From Candidatus Thorarchaeota archaeon (GTDB lineage: Archaea; Asgardarchaeota; Thorarchaeia; Thorarchaeales; Thorarchaeaceae): 64,000 nucleotides of DNA. The translations under genes were made by a program, and so were the position numbers. Positions 31,045 to 41,049 of the stretch are shown piece after piece (within the stretch, counting starts at the first letter, position 1; the number at the start of each line of letters is the position of its first letter). The notes beneath the pieces were generated by a model. The model was not told where the DNA came from. It did no database searches and saw only the letters and a program-made list of their open reading frames with translations. The stretch lies in assembly GCA_029855935.1 (NCBI GenBank), contig JAGSHN010000032.1, positions 40,756 through 104,755 of the forward strand. The letters are read 5' to 3'.

Positions 31045-32001
31045 TCAGACGAGGTTCTTGATACGCAGGTAGACAAGGAGTGGTACAGTGATTATAAGAC
31101 TGAGTGCAACGAGAAAGACAAAGGCGAACGGCTCATTCTGAAGCGGGAGTCCCACATTCATCCCGTAGAGACTGGCAATCAGTGTGGGCACCATCACCAC
31201 AAGGGAGATGGATGTCAGTGTCTTCATGACGCGGTTGAGGTTGTGGCTCACGATGCTGTCGTAGGCATTCATTGCATTCTCAATGAGGTCCCTGTAGATT
31301 GCGCTGAGCTCGAGCTGCTGCTGAAGGTCCACCTCAAGGTCCTCAAGCCTCTCGTCGTCAAGGACCATCCTGCCAATCGAATGGAGTCTCTTCAGTCTCC
31401 GCAGCACCTTCATGTCTGCCTTCAGCGCAGCCTCCATGAACACGGCGTCACGCGAGAGCTGGAAAAAGCGGTCGAGCTGCGACGGGTATATCTCGGTGAA
31501 GATCGAGTCCTCGATGCTGTTGATTGTCGCCTCTATCACATCGAGCATATGCTCGAAAGAGCTGATGACAATCTCCCAGAGGACATAGATGACCTCTGCT
31601 GCAGTTGTGCATAGACGTATCTTTGACATCATCCTCTGCTTCCTCAGGGGTATCCTCTGATGCCTAAGGATGACGACGTCCCGGCCGTTGGTGAAGATAC
31701 CTATTGGATAAGTGGAGTACTCACGGTCCGGCTCCTCTAGGTTGACGGGCACACGCAAGACCATCATCGTGAACCTATCCTGCACCTGCAGTCTTGGCCG
31801 CTCATCGAGGTCCTGCAGGTCCCTCAGGTCGTCAAGGTCGATGTCGAAGTGTTCCGATATCTTGATGAGGTCTTCCTCACGAATCTCCTGTACCTCAATC
31901 AGGAGCGGCTCATCCGGCGCCTCTTCGAAGCTCGGGTACTCGATGCCGCTCTCTAGGGCCATTATGGAGAACACTCTCTCTGTGTCGCTGGACTTGCTCA
32001 T
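31045..32001 (-). CDS. corA: CorA-family Mg2+ transporter
   Basis: NRVMKTLT and YGMN signatures; two C-terminal TMs. Confidence 0.92.
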   Translation of the reverse strand: MSKSSDTERVFSIMALESGIEYPSFEEAPDEPLLIEVQEIREEDLIKISEHFDIDLDDLRDLQDLDERPRLQVQDRFTMMVLRVPVNLEEPDREYSTYPIGIFTNGRDVVILRHQRIPLRKQRMMSKIRLCTTAAEVIYVLWEIVISSFEHMLDVIEATINSIEDSIFTEIYPSQLDRFFQLSRDAVFMEAALKADMKVLRRLKRLHSIGRMVLDDERLEDLEVDLQQQLELSAIYRDLIENAMNAYDSIVSHNLNRVMKTLTSISLVVMVPTLIASLYGMNVGLPLQNEPFAFVFLVALSLIITVPLLVYLRIKNLV

Positions 32002-32114
32002 CGAGAATACCCAGATGTCTTCTGCGAACGGCGAGTTATGAATCTGACTGAGGCGCGTACATCAGCTGCGAGATGAGTGTGACAAGCGTTGCCCCTCGGA
32101 GTCGCTCTTGGGGG

Positions 32115-32675
32115 TCACCATCTGTCCCAGTGGGCAATCTCAGACAAGTCTCTCCTCGACTTGGGCGCGTACTCCTTCGCCTTTGTTTCCTCGTCCAAGG
32201 TCGCAGGATCTGCTGGATGGCCGAAGAAGACCACCGTGACGACTCGGTATTCCTCTGGTATCCCGAGTGTGGTCTTCAGTCTCTCCTCGTTCCATCCTGC
32301 GGTGGGATGGCCCATCAGACCCACGTGCACGGCCTGCAACAGCATGTTCTCTACAGCAAGGCCCACGTCCATCATATGATACGGTAGGCCATGTGCCCCG
32401 CAGCCACCATCCTCCCGGGTCGCCACCACGATCATCAAGGGCGCGTTCTTTGCCCATGCGTTGCCTCTGCTCAGTGCCTCGTGGGCCTGCTCCAGAACCT
32501 CTCTGCTACGGATCACGACAAAGTCCCATGCCTGTGTGTTCGCGCAGGACGGGGCGAGTCTTCCAGCCTCAAGGATCAGTCTGACATCATCGTCGGAGAC
32601 CGGAGTATCTGAGAACGCACGACCGCTTCGTCTGTGCACTATCTCGGGTAGCAAACTCTTCTCCATGTTGGGCAC
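32115..32675 (-). CDS. Nitroreductase family protein
   Basis: RRSGRAF, APSCANTQAW and DVGLAVENMLLQA motifs. Confidence 0.9.
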   Translation of the reverse strand: MPNMEKSLLPEIVHRRSGRAFSDTPVSDDDVRLILEAGRLAPSCANTQAWDFVVIRSREVLEQAHEALSRGNAWAKNAPLMIVVATREDGGCGAHGLPYHMMDVGLAVENMLLQAVHVGLMGHPTAGWNEERLKTTLGIPEEYRVVTVVFFGHPADPATLDEETKAKEYAPKSRRDLSEIAHWDRW

Positions 32676-32948
32676 CAGGTCCTCAGTATGTGCTGTGCTC
32701 GGGATATGGCTTGTGGTGCAGGCTATGGCACGAGGGGACTGCCGGGCGTCTATGCCAATTTGCGTTGCGCGTGTTCAAGGTGACTCATTGCTGTGCGGAG
32801 GCCCCAGCGAGAGCACGAGAAGACGGAGCACGGAGCACACACTTGGGCGACAGTGTTGGCATGTTGGGCTGAGTATGCTGGGTGTCGGCTATGGCCAACT
32901 GGGGGTCCTCTGCTGACGAGCACAGTCACTGGGGCCAGAGCCGCCTGT

Positions 32949-33392
32949 TCAGCCTTGACTGGCCTGTACGCCATAGATGATGCCGGCAAGTATTCCGAAC
33001 ACCCCGGCCAGGACAGATGGGCCAACGATTGCTATCGCCGCCGCGTCGCCTATGCTGTAGGAGAGCAGATCAGCGTAGAGATAGGCTATCACAAGTATCA
33101 GTATACCCATCCCACAGCCGCACAGCGGTGCGGCGTCCGTAAACTGGCCCGTGGACCTACCGACGATGACAGGCCGTCCGGCATAGTCATACTCGTCCGA
33201 GTAGCGGTAGACGGGTGCCTGTGCACCAGTTGCCGCACTGTATGCGCCGTAGAACATAATGAACGCGAATATCACCGAGAGCACGGCGGCGGTGACATCA
33301 TCTTCGTATACCGCCAAGGCCACACCCGCCTGGGCCAGCAGCAGGAGCCCAGAGAGCACAAAGAAGAATGCACTCAACTTTGAACCAGCCAT
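32949..33392 (-). CDS. Small 4-TM hypothetical membrane protein
   Basis: Four hydrophobic segments; GGGAAG upstream of the ATG. Confidence 0.65.
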   Translation of the reverse strand: MAGSKLSAFFFVLSGLLLLAQAGVALAVYEDDVTAAVLSVIFAFIMFYGAYSAATGAQAPVYRYSDEYDYAGRPVIVGRSTGQFTDAAPLCGCGMGILILVIAYLYADLLSYSIGDAAAIAIVGPSVLAGVFGILAGIIYGVQASQG

Positions 33393-33740
33393 TTCTATCT
33401 TCCCTTGACAAGACTCTTGGGATAGTCCTGATTGGCAAAGAAAGAGAAGCGAGTTCGTGACAGGTAGGGGTCGGAGAATCATCGCTCGGTACTGTGAACA
33501 TTGACAGACAAGAGTCGATGCAAGACGCTTACAATCCCTTGCTCATCAGCACTCAACCAATTGGTAAATAGAGCTGGCAATCTCGGTATTCAATCTTGTG
33601 GAACTCTAGACGCCAGAATTGGTGATGCATACTCTGGACCGGTTCGGTCACACTACGCGTTTCTTCCGGGAATGGGAGGCGACCTCGGGCGCTTGTCGCA
33701 AGCCTGTATCCCCAACGACGGATGAAGAGTTCTCCTCAGG

Positions 33741-34808
33741 CTATGTAGCAAAATAGTGGTCGAGGAAGAGTGTGACCCAGTCGTAGAATGACCCGAGCAT
33801 TTTCCTCACGAGACCCACTGTTAGGTCGCGCCTGAGAATCATGTCGATGATGGCCTTTCTCAGGAACGGGTAGTAGTGTGGCAATGGCAGGACATTGAGA
33901 GGAAACTCCTTGTGCAACGTGAGGAAGGCGTTCACACGTTCAACCCACCTCGCGTTGATGAGGTCCTCTGAATACGTCGTTGGGTCCTCCAACACAATCG
34001 ACTCGAGCTCAGCCAGCATTGGCGAGAAGATCTCGCGCTGGATCTGGTCAAATGAATAGCCGCTCACGCGGTGACTTGGCGACTCAGCAAGCCTTCTGTA
34101 CAGCGCAGCAAGGTCGTCAGACCCGGGCACAGTGTAGACCTCCCGTCGCAGTCGCACGAGTCTCGAGACCTCCGATGAGATTCCTCTCGCCTTCTCAAGC
34201 ACCGAGAAGACATGGATGAACATCTCACTGTCCCAAGCCGGGGAACCGAAGATGTCCCTATACTCGCCAATCGTCTTTCTATAGGCCGCAGGGATGCGAA
34301 GCTCGTGCGGGCTGGTTATGCTCCATATGTTGAGAAAGATGAATGGCGGGAGGTCGACCTTGGTGCCCGGCGAGAGGCGATAGCTGGGGAAACAGTAGTT
34401 CCCGTCAACAACGATGAGGTCGGGCTCGAGTGGTGCCACCCCGTTCTCCTTTGCGTAGGCTGTCGGCGCGTCCCTGATCATCCCAAGGACCTGTTCGGGC
34501 GAAAGGGGACGGAACTCGCTCGGCCGGACCAAGTGCAGGTTGTCTCCTGCAGGGAGATAGTAGGCAGTGCCGAGTCCGGACAGCGAGAAGGCAGTCTCGA
34601 ATCCCGTTTCGCCATCGAGCCTGATATCCCTGAGAGACTGGAAGAGGTCCTGATTCGTGTGATTGATGTCAACAGCCAGGACCTTCAGCGGCGGTGTACG
34701 TGATAGTGCCCACGTGACCAGTGCAACCGCAAGCGGAGTCTTCCCACTGCCGCCCTTGTTGCTCGTCACAATGACCGTCTGTGGTCGTCCCATCTTCGTT
34801 GTTATCAC
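33741..34808 (-). CDS. Atypical ParA/MinD (SIMIBI) ATPase
   Basis: Deviant Walker A KGGSGKT, KVLAVD, Walker B DLIVVD; unfamiliar C-terminal half. Confidence 0.75.
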   Translation of the reverse strand: MITTKMGRPQTVIVTSNKGGSGKTPLAVALVTWALSRTPPLKVLAVDINHTNQDLFQSLRDIRLDGETGFETAFSLSGLGTAYYLPAGDNLHLVRPSEFRPLSPEQVLGMIRDAPTAYAKENGVAPLEPDLIVVDGNYCFPSYRLSPGTKVDLPPFIFLNIWSITSPHELRIPAAYRKTIGEYRDIFGSPAWDSEMFIHVFSVLEKARGISSEVSRLVRLRREVYTVPGSDDLAALYRRLAESPSHRVSGYSFDQIQREIFSPMLAELESIVLEDPTTYSEDLINARWVERVNAFLTLHKEFPLNVLPLPHYYPFLRKAIIDMILRRDLTVGLVRKMLGSFYDWVTLFLDHYFAT

Positions 34809-34822
34809 CCCTTTCTGTACGT

Positions 34823-35776
34823 CTATCCAGTTCCATTCAGCAGGCCGAACACGAACGTCAGGACTGTTCCCCAGCCCACGTAGAGGATGAAGTCCATTGC
34901 GACCTGCAATGCTATCACGCCTGCAAAGGTCACCATCAGGCGCTTGATGATCGGCTCGGGGGAGGCCAGCCTGTTCAGCTCACCCTGCGCGCTCTCAAGC
35001 AGCCGAATGTTCTTCCTGAGATTTCGCATCGCATCCTCCAGCTTCGCCTTGATGTAGCCGGGGTCGTCCGAGAGTCGACCCTCCTCTAGCATTATCATAG
35101 CGTTCTTCCATCGCCGGCTGAAGTCTTCCATCGCCGATAGCACCCTGTGTCGTTTCTGCTCCACAAGCAGCTCGTACTTGTTCAGCTCGTAGACGACGAC
35201 CTTGATGACCGAGGCCAACACTATGAGTGTGCCCAAGTTCAACACGCTGCTCAGGAAGAACGTTATGCCCACTATGGGGCTCTGAGAGAAGAACTCCCGG
35301 ATGATTGTCAGGCCACGAAGTCCTGCCGCCTTGTAGAGGGCGATGAACAGCAGCAACTTCAGCGTCAGGTACAGCCTCGACAGGCTCAGCCTGAGCCAGC
35401 TCCGGCTGACTGTTCCACCTGCCGAGAATGGCTTGTCGATGAAGACGCCGAAGATTGTCCCGCCGATATTGAGCATGAACAACACGGAGACAGCGAACAG
35501 TGCAAGTCCGAGTGCAAGGCGCACCCAGCCTGTGACACTCATCACTCCGTCATCGACGGTCTCAAGTACGTGCTGCATTGTCACAAAATCGTGTTCCGTC
35601 GCCGCACGCCACAGTGCATCTACGAGGTCTGGCCGCGAGTGTAGGTACGCAGCGAAGAACATCCCGTACAATAGGACAGCAGCGAGTGATGCAGCGAACA
35701 CGGAACGGAAGAACGACCGGAGCCTGCTGTCGTTGGCTGTCCCGTAGATGGCGTGCGACATTCTCGTTGCCCCCAA
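34823..35776 (-). CDS. Hypothetical polytopic membrane protein with soluble helical hairpin
   Basis: About 4 TMs, a coiled segment, then a C-terminal TM; 14 bp upstream of the ATPase. Confidence 0.7.
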   Translation of the reverse strand: MGATRMSHAIYGTANDSRLRSFFRSVFAASLAAVLLYGMFFAAYLHSRPDLVDALWRAATEHDFVTMQHVLETVDDGVMSVTGWVRLALGLALFAVSVLFMLNIGGTIFGVFIDKPFSAGGTVSRSWLRLSLSRLYLTLKLLLFIALYKAAGLRGLTIIREFFSQSPIVGITFFLSSVLNLGTLIVLASVIKVVVYELNKYELLVEQKRHRVLSAMEDFSRRWKNAMIMLEEGRLSDDPGYIKAKLEDAMRNLRKNIRLLESAQGELNRLASPEPIIKRLMVTFAGVIALQVAMDFILYVGWGTVLTFVFGLLNGTG

Positions 35777-36109
35777 GCGGCATATGGGCCTCGAATGCTG
35801 TGTTAATATTGTTTGTTACTACGTCCTATGGGACAGAGCACGGCCCACGTGTCCTGACAATCCCCAGTTCAGATTCGGTGTTCACCCCACCACATTGATC
35901 AGAAACTGGGGGAGGTATGGCCCACCCGGCCCGGAGAGACGAACTGGTAGCGAATCCAATGAGTAAGGAACCGAGATATCGGGGTCTCGGAAGAGCCGAA
36001 TAGTGATGGCAATTGCAATGGACTGTGTGAGAAGTCGGCAGATAGGAGTGACCACAGCATTGCGGCATTCTCATCTGACGCAGTCATCATGGGTGTTTCT
36101 GTTTGCGCT

Positions 36110-36862
36110 TCAGTAGTAGGCCCGTTCTGCTGGCGCATCATATCCCGAATATGTGTAGGGCACATACGCTTGAGTGAAGACATATGCGGCCAGAACATTC
36201 GATATCACTGATGCAGGGCCGCCAAGGAAGAAGAATATGGCTGTGGCCATAGCTACATCAGCCATACCTGTGAAGTGGCGTGCCTTCATAAACGAAACTC
36301 CGGCTAGGATGCCGTACGTGATCAGCATTATGATGGATATGACGAATCCAAGGAAGAAGTAGTAGAGCATCCCCATTCCATAGAGTAGTAACCAGATTGC
36401 AGCAAACAGGCCGCCTCCGACCATGCCAATCCCTGCCGCAAAGACGTGAAATCCGTCCCCGTAGTTCCTGTAGAACCCGTATATACCGACGGACTCCAAT
36501 ACGATTCCCAGCCCTGTCGCCATAAATCCGATGATTGGCATGTTCACCATCAGGAATGGCCAGAATGCACAGGCAAGGATTCCTCCTGCTGCTCCGACCC
36601 AGAAGAAGTTCGGCGTTGGAACTCCCGTCGGCATAGGCTCCTCCAGTGGTGCTGCCTGAGCCAGCCCAGACTGAGAGGGGCCCTGCCCTGGTCTGGGCCG
36701 TTGTTGTCCCGGAGCCCCCCAAGGCGTCGCTCGTCCTTGCGCAAGACAGTCCTTGCAATACAGCACTCCTTGGACGTCAACGGCACACTCCTCGCAGACG
36801 GCCTTGCCACAAGTCATGCAAGTCCCGACTGCATCACGGTCGTTGTGAACGAAGCACTTCAT
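36110..36862 (-). CDS. B-box-like zinc-finger membrane protein
   Basis: CxxH...CxxC...CxxC...CxxC, Pro/Gln linker, several TMs. Confidence 0.75.
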   Translation of the reverse strand: MKCFVHNDRDAVGTCMTCGKAVCEECAVDVQGVLYCKDCLAQGRATPWGAPGQQRPRPGQGPSQSGLAQAAPLEEPMPTGVPTPNFFWVGAAGGILACAFWPFLMVNMPIIGFMATGLGIVLESVGIYGFYRNYGDGFHVFAAGIGMVGGGLFAAIWLLLYGMGMLYYFFLGFVISIIMLITYGILAGVSFMKARHFTGMADVAMATAIFFFLGGPASVISNVLAAYVFTQAYVPYTYSGYDAPAERAYY

Positions 36863-37266
36863 CCCACTATGACCCTCCATGGCACGGAGATTGGCTCGGT
36901 TGTTGAACTGGCGACATATATTTGTACCTCCAACGTGTCAAACGGGCGGACACTCGTCGAGCGATACTGGTACAAACTAGCCTCCCGATGAGCACGAGAT
37001 CACGAGCAGACGTGTTGTTCGGGCAGAGCGGGTGTGTCAGGGAGTAGATTCCCGAGACCTCGACGGTTTCTGGTGATGTCGAGGCAGAAGAGTCCGTGTC
37101 GACCAGCCCGCTCATATCCCTCGGGTCATCTGCGCAATTCTACACGAGATTCGTTCTCGGGTTGCCGTACGAACACAGGCGCGCCCATTCGGAAACTGTG
37201 GGTCGCGACGAACACGACCAGACCTAGTCGCAGCCTGCCATCAGTCCTTTGGGCTGACTCGTTAGA

Positions 37267-38166
37267 TCACACACCACCCGTCCATTCCTCGCCGACTTGT
37301 GTGTCAATGTCAGTGTCCATATCTTGTTGGATTTCAGGAAGACCGGCTGGTGTATCGACTGGCCTCTCAAACGGTACATTGGCGTGGTAGAAGACGTATG
37401 CCACCAAGAGACCCTGGACAACGAGCCCCAAGAACAGAATGTAGTCGTTGACAACGGTGATAATGGTCGCAATGGCAACAATCGCGGCCGCTATCGTTGC
37501 TCTATCCCGGCCTGTGTAGTCGCGTACCAGAATGAGTGATATACCCACAAGTACCTCAGAGGCTGCCAGCATAAGAAACCCGTAACTTCCTCCCCAAAAG
37601 AAGATGAGCACAAATTCCTCCAGAATGCGGATGTAGGTGAGACAGTATAGCCCAAAGAGAAAGAAGACCCCGCCCGTGACGACGCCGAGAGTGGCAGACA
37701 CAATGTGAAACGCGCCTCCGTAGTTCCAGTAGAAACCTACAAGGCCCACAGATAGAATCATTATACCCAGGCCCACGACTAGTAACGACGTGAAGAATAG
37801 GTAATCTAGTCCAATATACCAATGGAGCGGGGCCAACCCCGATACGGCCATCAGAATACCACCAAGGAATCCTGCCATGAAGAAATTCCTGGAGGGACTA
37901 CGTGTTGCTCTCAGACCCGCACGTGGTTGCAGTCCTCCGTATGGCGGTGGTTTCGGTTGTCTTGGCTGAGGTCGTAGTGGCCTGACCTGTCGGGGTCGGG
38001 CCTGTGGCTGTGGTCGACGTTGCTCGGATGCGGCCCGTCCGGTTGACAGGCAGTTCTTGCAGTAGAGAATCCCTTGAACCAGAACCGCGCACTCCTTGCA
38101 GACGGCCTTTCCGCAGGTCGTACAGGTGCCCACACCGTCACGATCCGGGTGTACATAACATTTCAA
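37267..38166 (-). CDS. B-box-like zinc-finger membrane protein (paralog)
   Basis: Same N-terminal zinc motif and GFY.NYG..FH membrane motif as 36110-36862. Confidence 0.75.
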   Translation of the reverse strand: MKCYVHPDRDGVGTCTTCGKAVCKECAVLVQGILYCKNCLSTGRAASEQRRPQPQARPRQVRPLRPQPRQPKPPPYGGLQPRAGLRATRSPSRNFFMAGFLGGILMAVSGLAPLHWYIGLDYLFFTSLLVVGLGIMILSVGLVGFYWNYGGAFHIVSATLGVVTGGVFFLFGLYCLTYIRILEEFVLIFFWGGSYGFLMLAASEVLVGISLILVRDYTGRDRATIAAAIVAIATIITVVNDYILFLGLVVQGLLVAYVFYHANVPFERPVDTPAGLPEIQQDMDTDIDTQVGEEWTGGV

Positions 38167-38356
38167 CTCAGTACTACCCCCAAGGATAGTGGAATGTTGT
38201 GACGGCCTGCTGGAGTGGCTTATATTTCTACTTGCGGCGTGCAGCTACGTAGAGCTGTTGGCTGGTCATGCCCGTCACTAGTGGTATATGTCATGCGAGA
38301 TATGAAGCATCACGCAGTCCTCGGCATATGTGGAGTGGTGTTGACTGACACGGAGA

Positions 38357-39184
38357 TTGACTGTTGTATATAGGGTGGTCCTACAATGGCGCCTTGTCTT
38401 CTTTGATGAGGTCGTAGGGATGGTCCAGACAGTGCTCGGTCGTGATGTTTCGCGACAGTACATCCACTGCAGGTATGTTCGAGGTCTACTTGATATCGGG
38501 CGAATTGCGTGGATTCGCCGTGGACGGTACTCTGCACCTACGTCTGACAGGTTGTGGGGGCCACGAGCACCACGCGGTGGTACCGTACAAGACCCGTCCA
38601 CCGGGGTATTGAGCTGCCTTGAGGCGTTCGAGGTGTAGGGTGCGAACTGTCCATTTGATGCGTTCACGTCAGAGATATGCGTCCGTTGAGAGGGCTGCTT
38701 CTCGCCATTCATATACGAAGGCGGGCGGATGAGGCCGATGGTCGTGGATAACACGGAGAGTGAGATTGTCGAGGTCCGCTACGGCATTCACACATACCGC
38801 GTTCGTGTGAGCAGGCGTGGGTGCATATTTCTCTACCGCATCGAGAGGTCCAGTCGGGTGTCAAACTGGGAGAGCGTCTTCAAGAGCCTTGCATGACTGA
38901 GAGGCGTCGACTTGAGGAAACTGAAACGCCTCCTCTATGAACGGAATAATCAGATGCTGCTGCGCAAGGCGTGGCTGATGTCTGAGCTGCCGACGTATGA
39001 ATCCACTCTCTATAGGAAAGGGGACGCAATGTTGTTGCTTGACCGCATCGTTGACCGCATACAGGGGCCTCCGCGGTACTCGTTTCAATACAACGACACG
39101 CGCTATTCTGCCTTTGGCACGATGCACGTCGACCCGTGGCGGCTCTACGTGCCTCCAACCTTGAGGTTGTGCTGCGCGGCATAG
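38357..39184 (+). pseudogene. Degraded AbiEi-like (type IV TA antitoxin) regulator
   Basis: One frame with stops at 38636, 38687 and 38894; IAWIRRGRY near the N-terminus; WESVFKSL..L..VDL..L..LL...NN..L.RK near the C-terminus. Confidence 0.5.
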
Positions 39185-39287
39185 CCTCAACAAGCCAGTC
39201 GATTCTTCGTGTCGCGTGGCCAAGGGAGGATTAAAAGACTAGCGAGGTTCTATGTACCTCGTGGTCGCCCCAGTGTCGGCAGAATAT

Positions 39288-39790
39288 CTAGTCCCCGAAT
39301 GGAGGAAGCCAGCCGTGGTAGCCCATCGATAGCACATAGGCCCTCTTCGTGACTCTATGAGAGATTCGTAGTGCTGCGTACACCGCCTCCGATCCTGTCT
39401 TGAAATATGCCGCACGGCCTGCAACGGAGAGGTTGCGGATGAGCCACTCTGCGACTTCAACCTCGGCCGGATGCCGAATGGAGAGGCTCAGGCCCTCGTC
39501 AAGTTCAAGTCTAATGGCCCGGAGTAGGTCGCGGTCGCAGTGGCCGAGAATCACGGTCCCGCTTCCCAAAAAGAGGTCGACGTACTTGTTCCCAGCAACA
39601 TCCCATACGTACGCACCCCGGCCTTGGAGAAATATCTTGATTGAGGGCTGGAACACGCTAGGTTGTTCTCAACCATTAGGGGCAGGCGGAACGTTCCCAT
39701 CGGCTGCACAAGTCCCCCCACTTGTTATGTCTGGGCAACGAAGGAGGATTTCCAGCTCTTCGAGGAGATCTCCTCGCAAACCGAGCCGCA
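39288..39790 (-). pseudogene. Truncated class III aminotransferase (GSA-aminomutase-like) fragment
   Basis: GRGAYVWDVAGNKYVD, ILGH, KTGSEA and GYHGW motifs; in-frame TGA at 39669; ends before the PLP lysine. Confidence 0.7.
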
Positions 39791-40267
39791 AACGGCCAAC
39801 ACATTGATTCAACGGAAACAACGCGATGATATGAAGCAGGTTTTCGTACAGAGTCCGCCGCCTAGGCTGACACTGCCTCAGAGGGGCAGGTCGACCTGCC
39901 GAAGAGGCTCGTACCACAGCACCAGTTCCGGCAGGTTTGAGCACTGACCTAGAGGTCACGTCAAGGGAGCGATCTTTTCCTCCACGGGACGAACCCCCTC
40001 CGCATTCGACGGGCGCCCTTCCATTCTATCCTCAAGCATTGGCAAGCTCGACTACCCTCAGCGACCGGTCGCGACAGAAGTGTCCGCCGGAGGGGCAATG
40101 CAATCTGTCAGGGGTGAGATGCCGTCCTACAGGGCCGAAGAACACTTATGAGTTACTACCACTGTTGACTCTGAGCAGAGGTTCGACATTGGGACCCCGA
40201 TTGGGCCCGATCAACTGCGTAATGCTGCTCGTGGCTTGATGGGGGAGAAGGTGTGAAACGCTTGAAG

Positions 40268-40879
40268 ATGGAAGTGGACGGACTGATTCCTCTCCCTGAG
40301 TCCTCAAATGAGAGGGCGGTAGATGTCCTGACCAGGGCATTCTCGAACGATGCGCTTGAGGCCTACTTTTTTCCCGACGAGGCCGAACGTCGGAGGCTGG
40401 CACCGATGTTCCACAGGTATCGTCTGAATCAGGCAAGACTCTACGGGACCGTGCTCACCACATCCCCAGATGTGGAGGGCGTCGCTGTCTGGATCCACTC
40501 GTCCTCTGGCAAGGGTCTCATAGCGACATTCAGAGGCGGTGGCCTCTGGATGGTTCCACGAATCGGAATGAAGCGGCTGAAGAGGATGCTCAGGTATAAG
40601 GAGTTCGCCGTTGGCCAGAGGGAGAAGTATGCACCAGAGCCGCACATGCATCTGACCTCAGTCGCGGTGGATCCCGAGCTACAGGGGCAGGGGTTCTGCA
40701 GCAAGACGTTGCGCCCTGTGTTCGCCTATCTCGACAAGATTGGGCTTCCGTGCTATCTTGAGACTCAGAGCGCGAGGAATGTTTCAATCTATGAGCACTA
40801 CGGGTTCGAGGTCGTCTCTGAGGCTGAAGTACCAGATTCGGACTTGACGTACTGGGGCATGGTGCGCTCACCGCAATGA
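40268..40879 (+). CDS. GNAT-family acetyltransferase
   Basis: AVDPELQGQG, CYLET and NVSIYEHYGF motifs. Confidence 0.88.
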   Translation: MEVDGLIPLPESSNERAVDVLTRAFSNDALEAYFFPDEAERRRLAPMFHRYRLNQARLYGTVLTTSPDVEGVAVWIHSSSGKGLIATFRGGGLWMVPRIGMKRLKRMLRYKEFAVGQREKYAPEPHMHLTSVAVDPELQGQGFCSKTLRPVFAYLDKIGLPCYLETQSARNVSIYEHYGFEVVSEAEVPDSDLTYWGMVRSPQ

Positions 40880-41049
40880 GCGACCACTTATCCGGGCTCT
40901 GGTCGACGGCGAGCCTATGGGATCACGGCGGCCATCAGACTGAGGGTGTGTTCCCCAGACTATCTGCCCAAATTTGGTCTCTCCAGTGGCAACTGTTCCA
41001 GTGTCATCTGTGCAGCAGCTGATGACGTTTCTGCAGACGTGTTGCCTCA

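Noticed and set aside
39669-39671. In-frame TGA as selenocysteine
   Set aside because: The position is not a catalytic Cys site and the gene is truncated anyway; a pseudogene is the simpler explanation.
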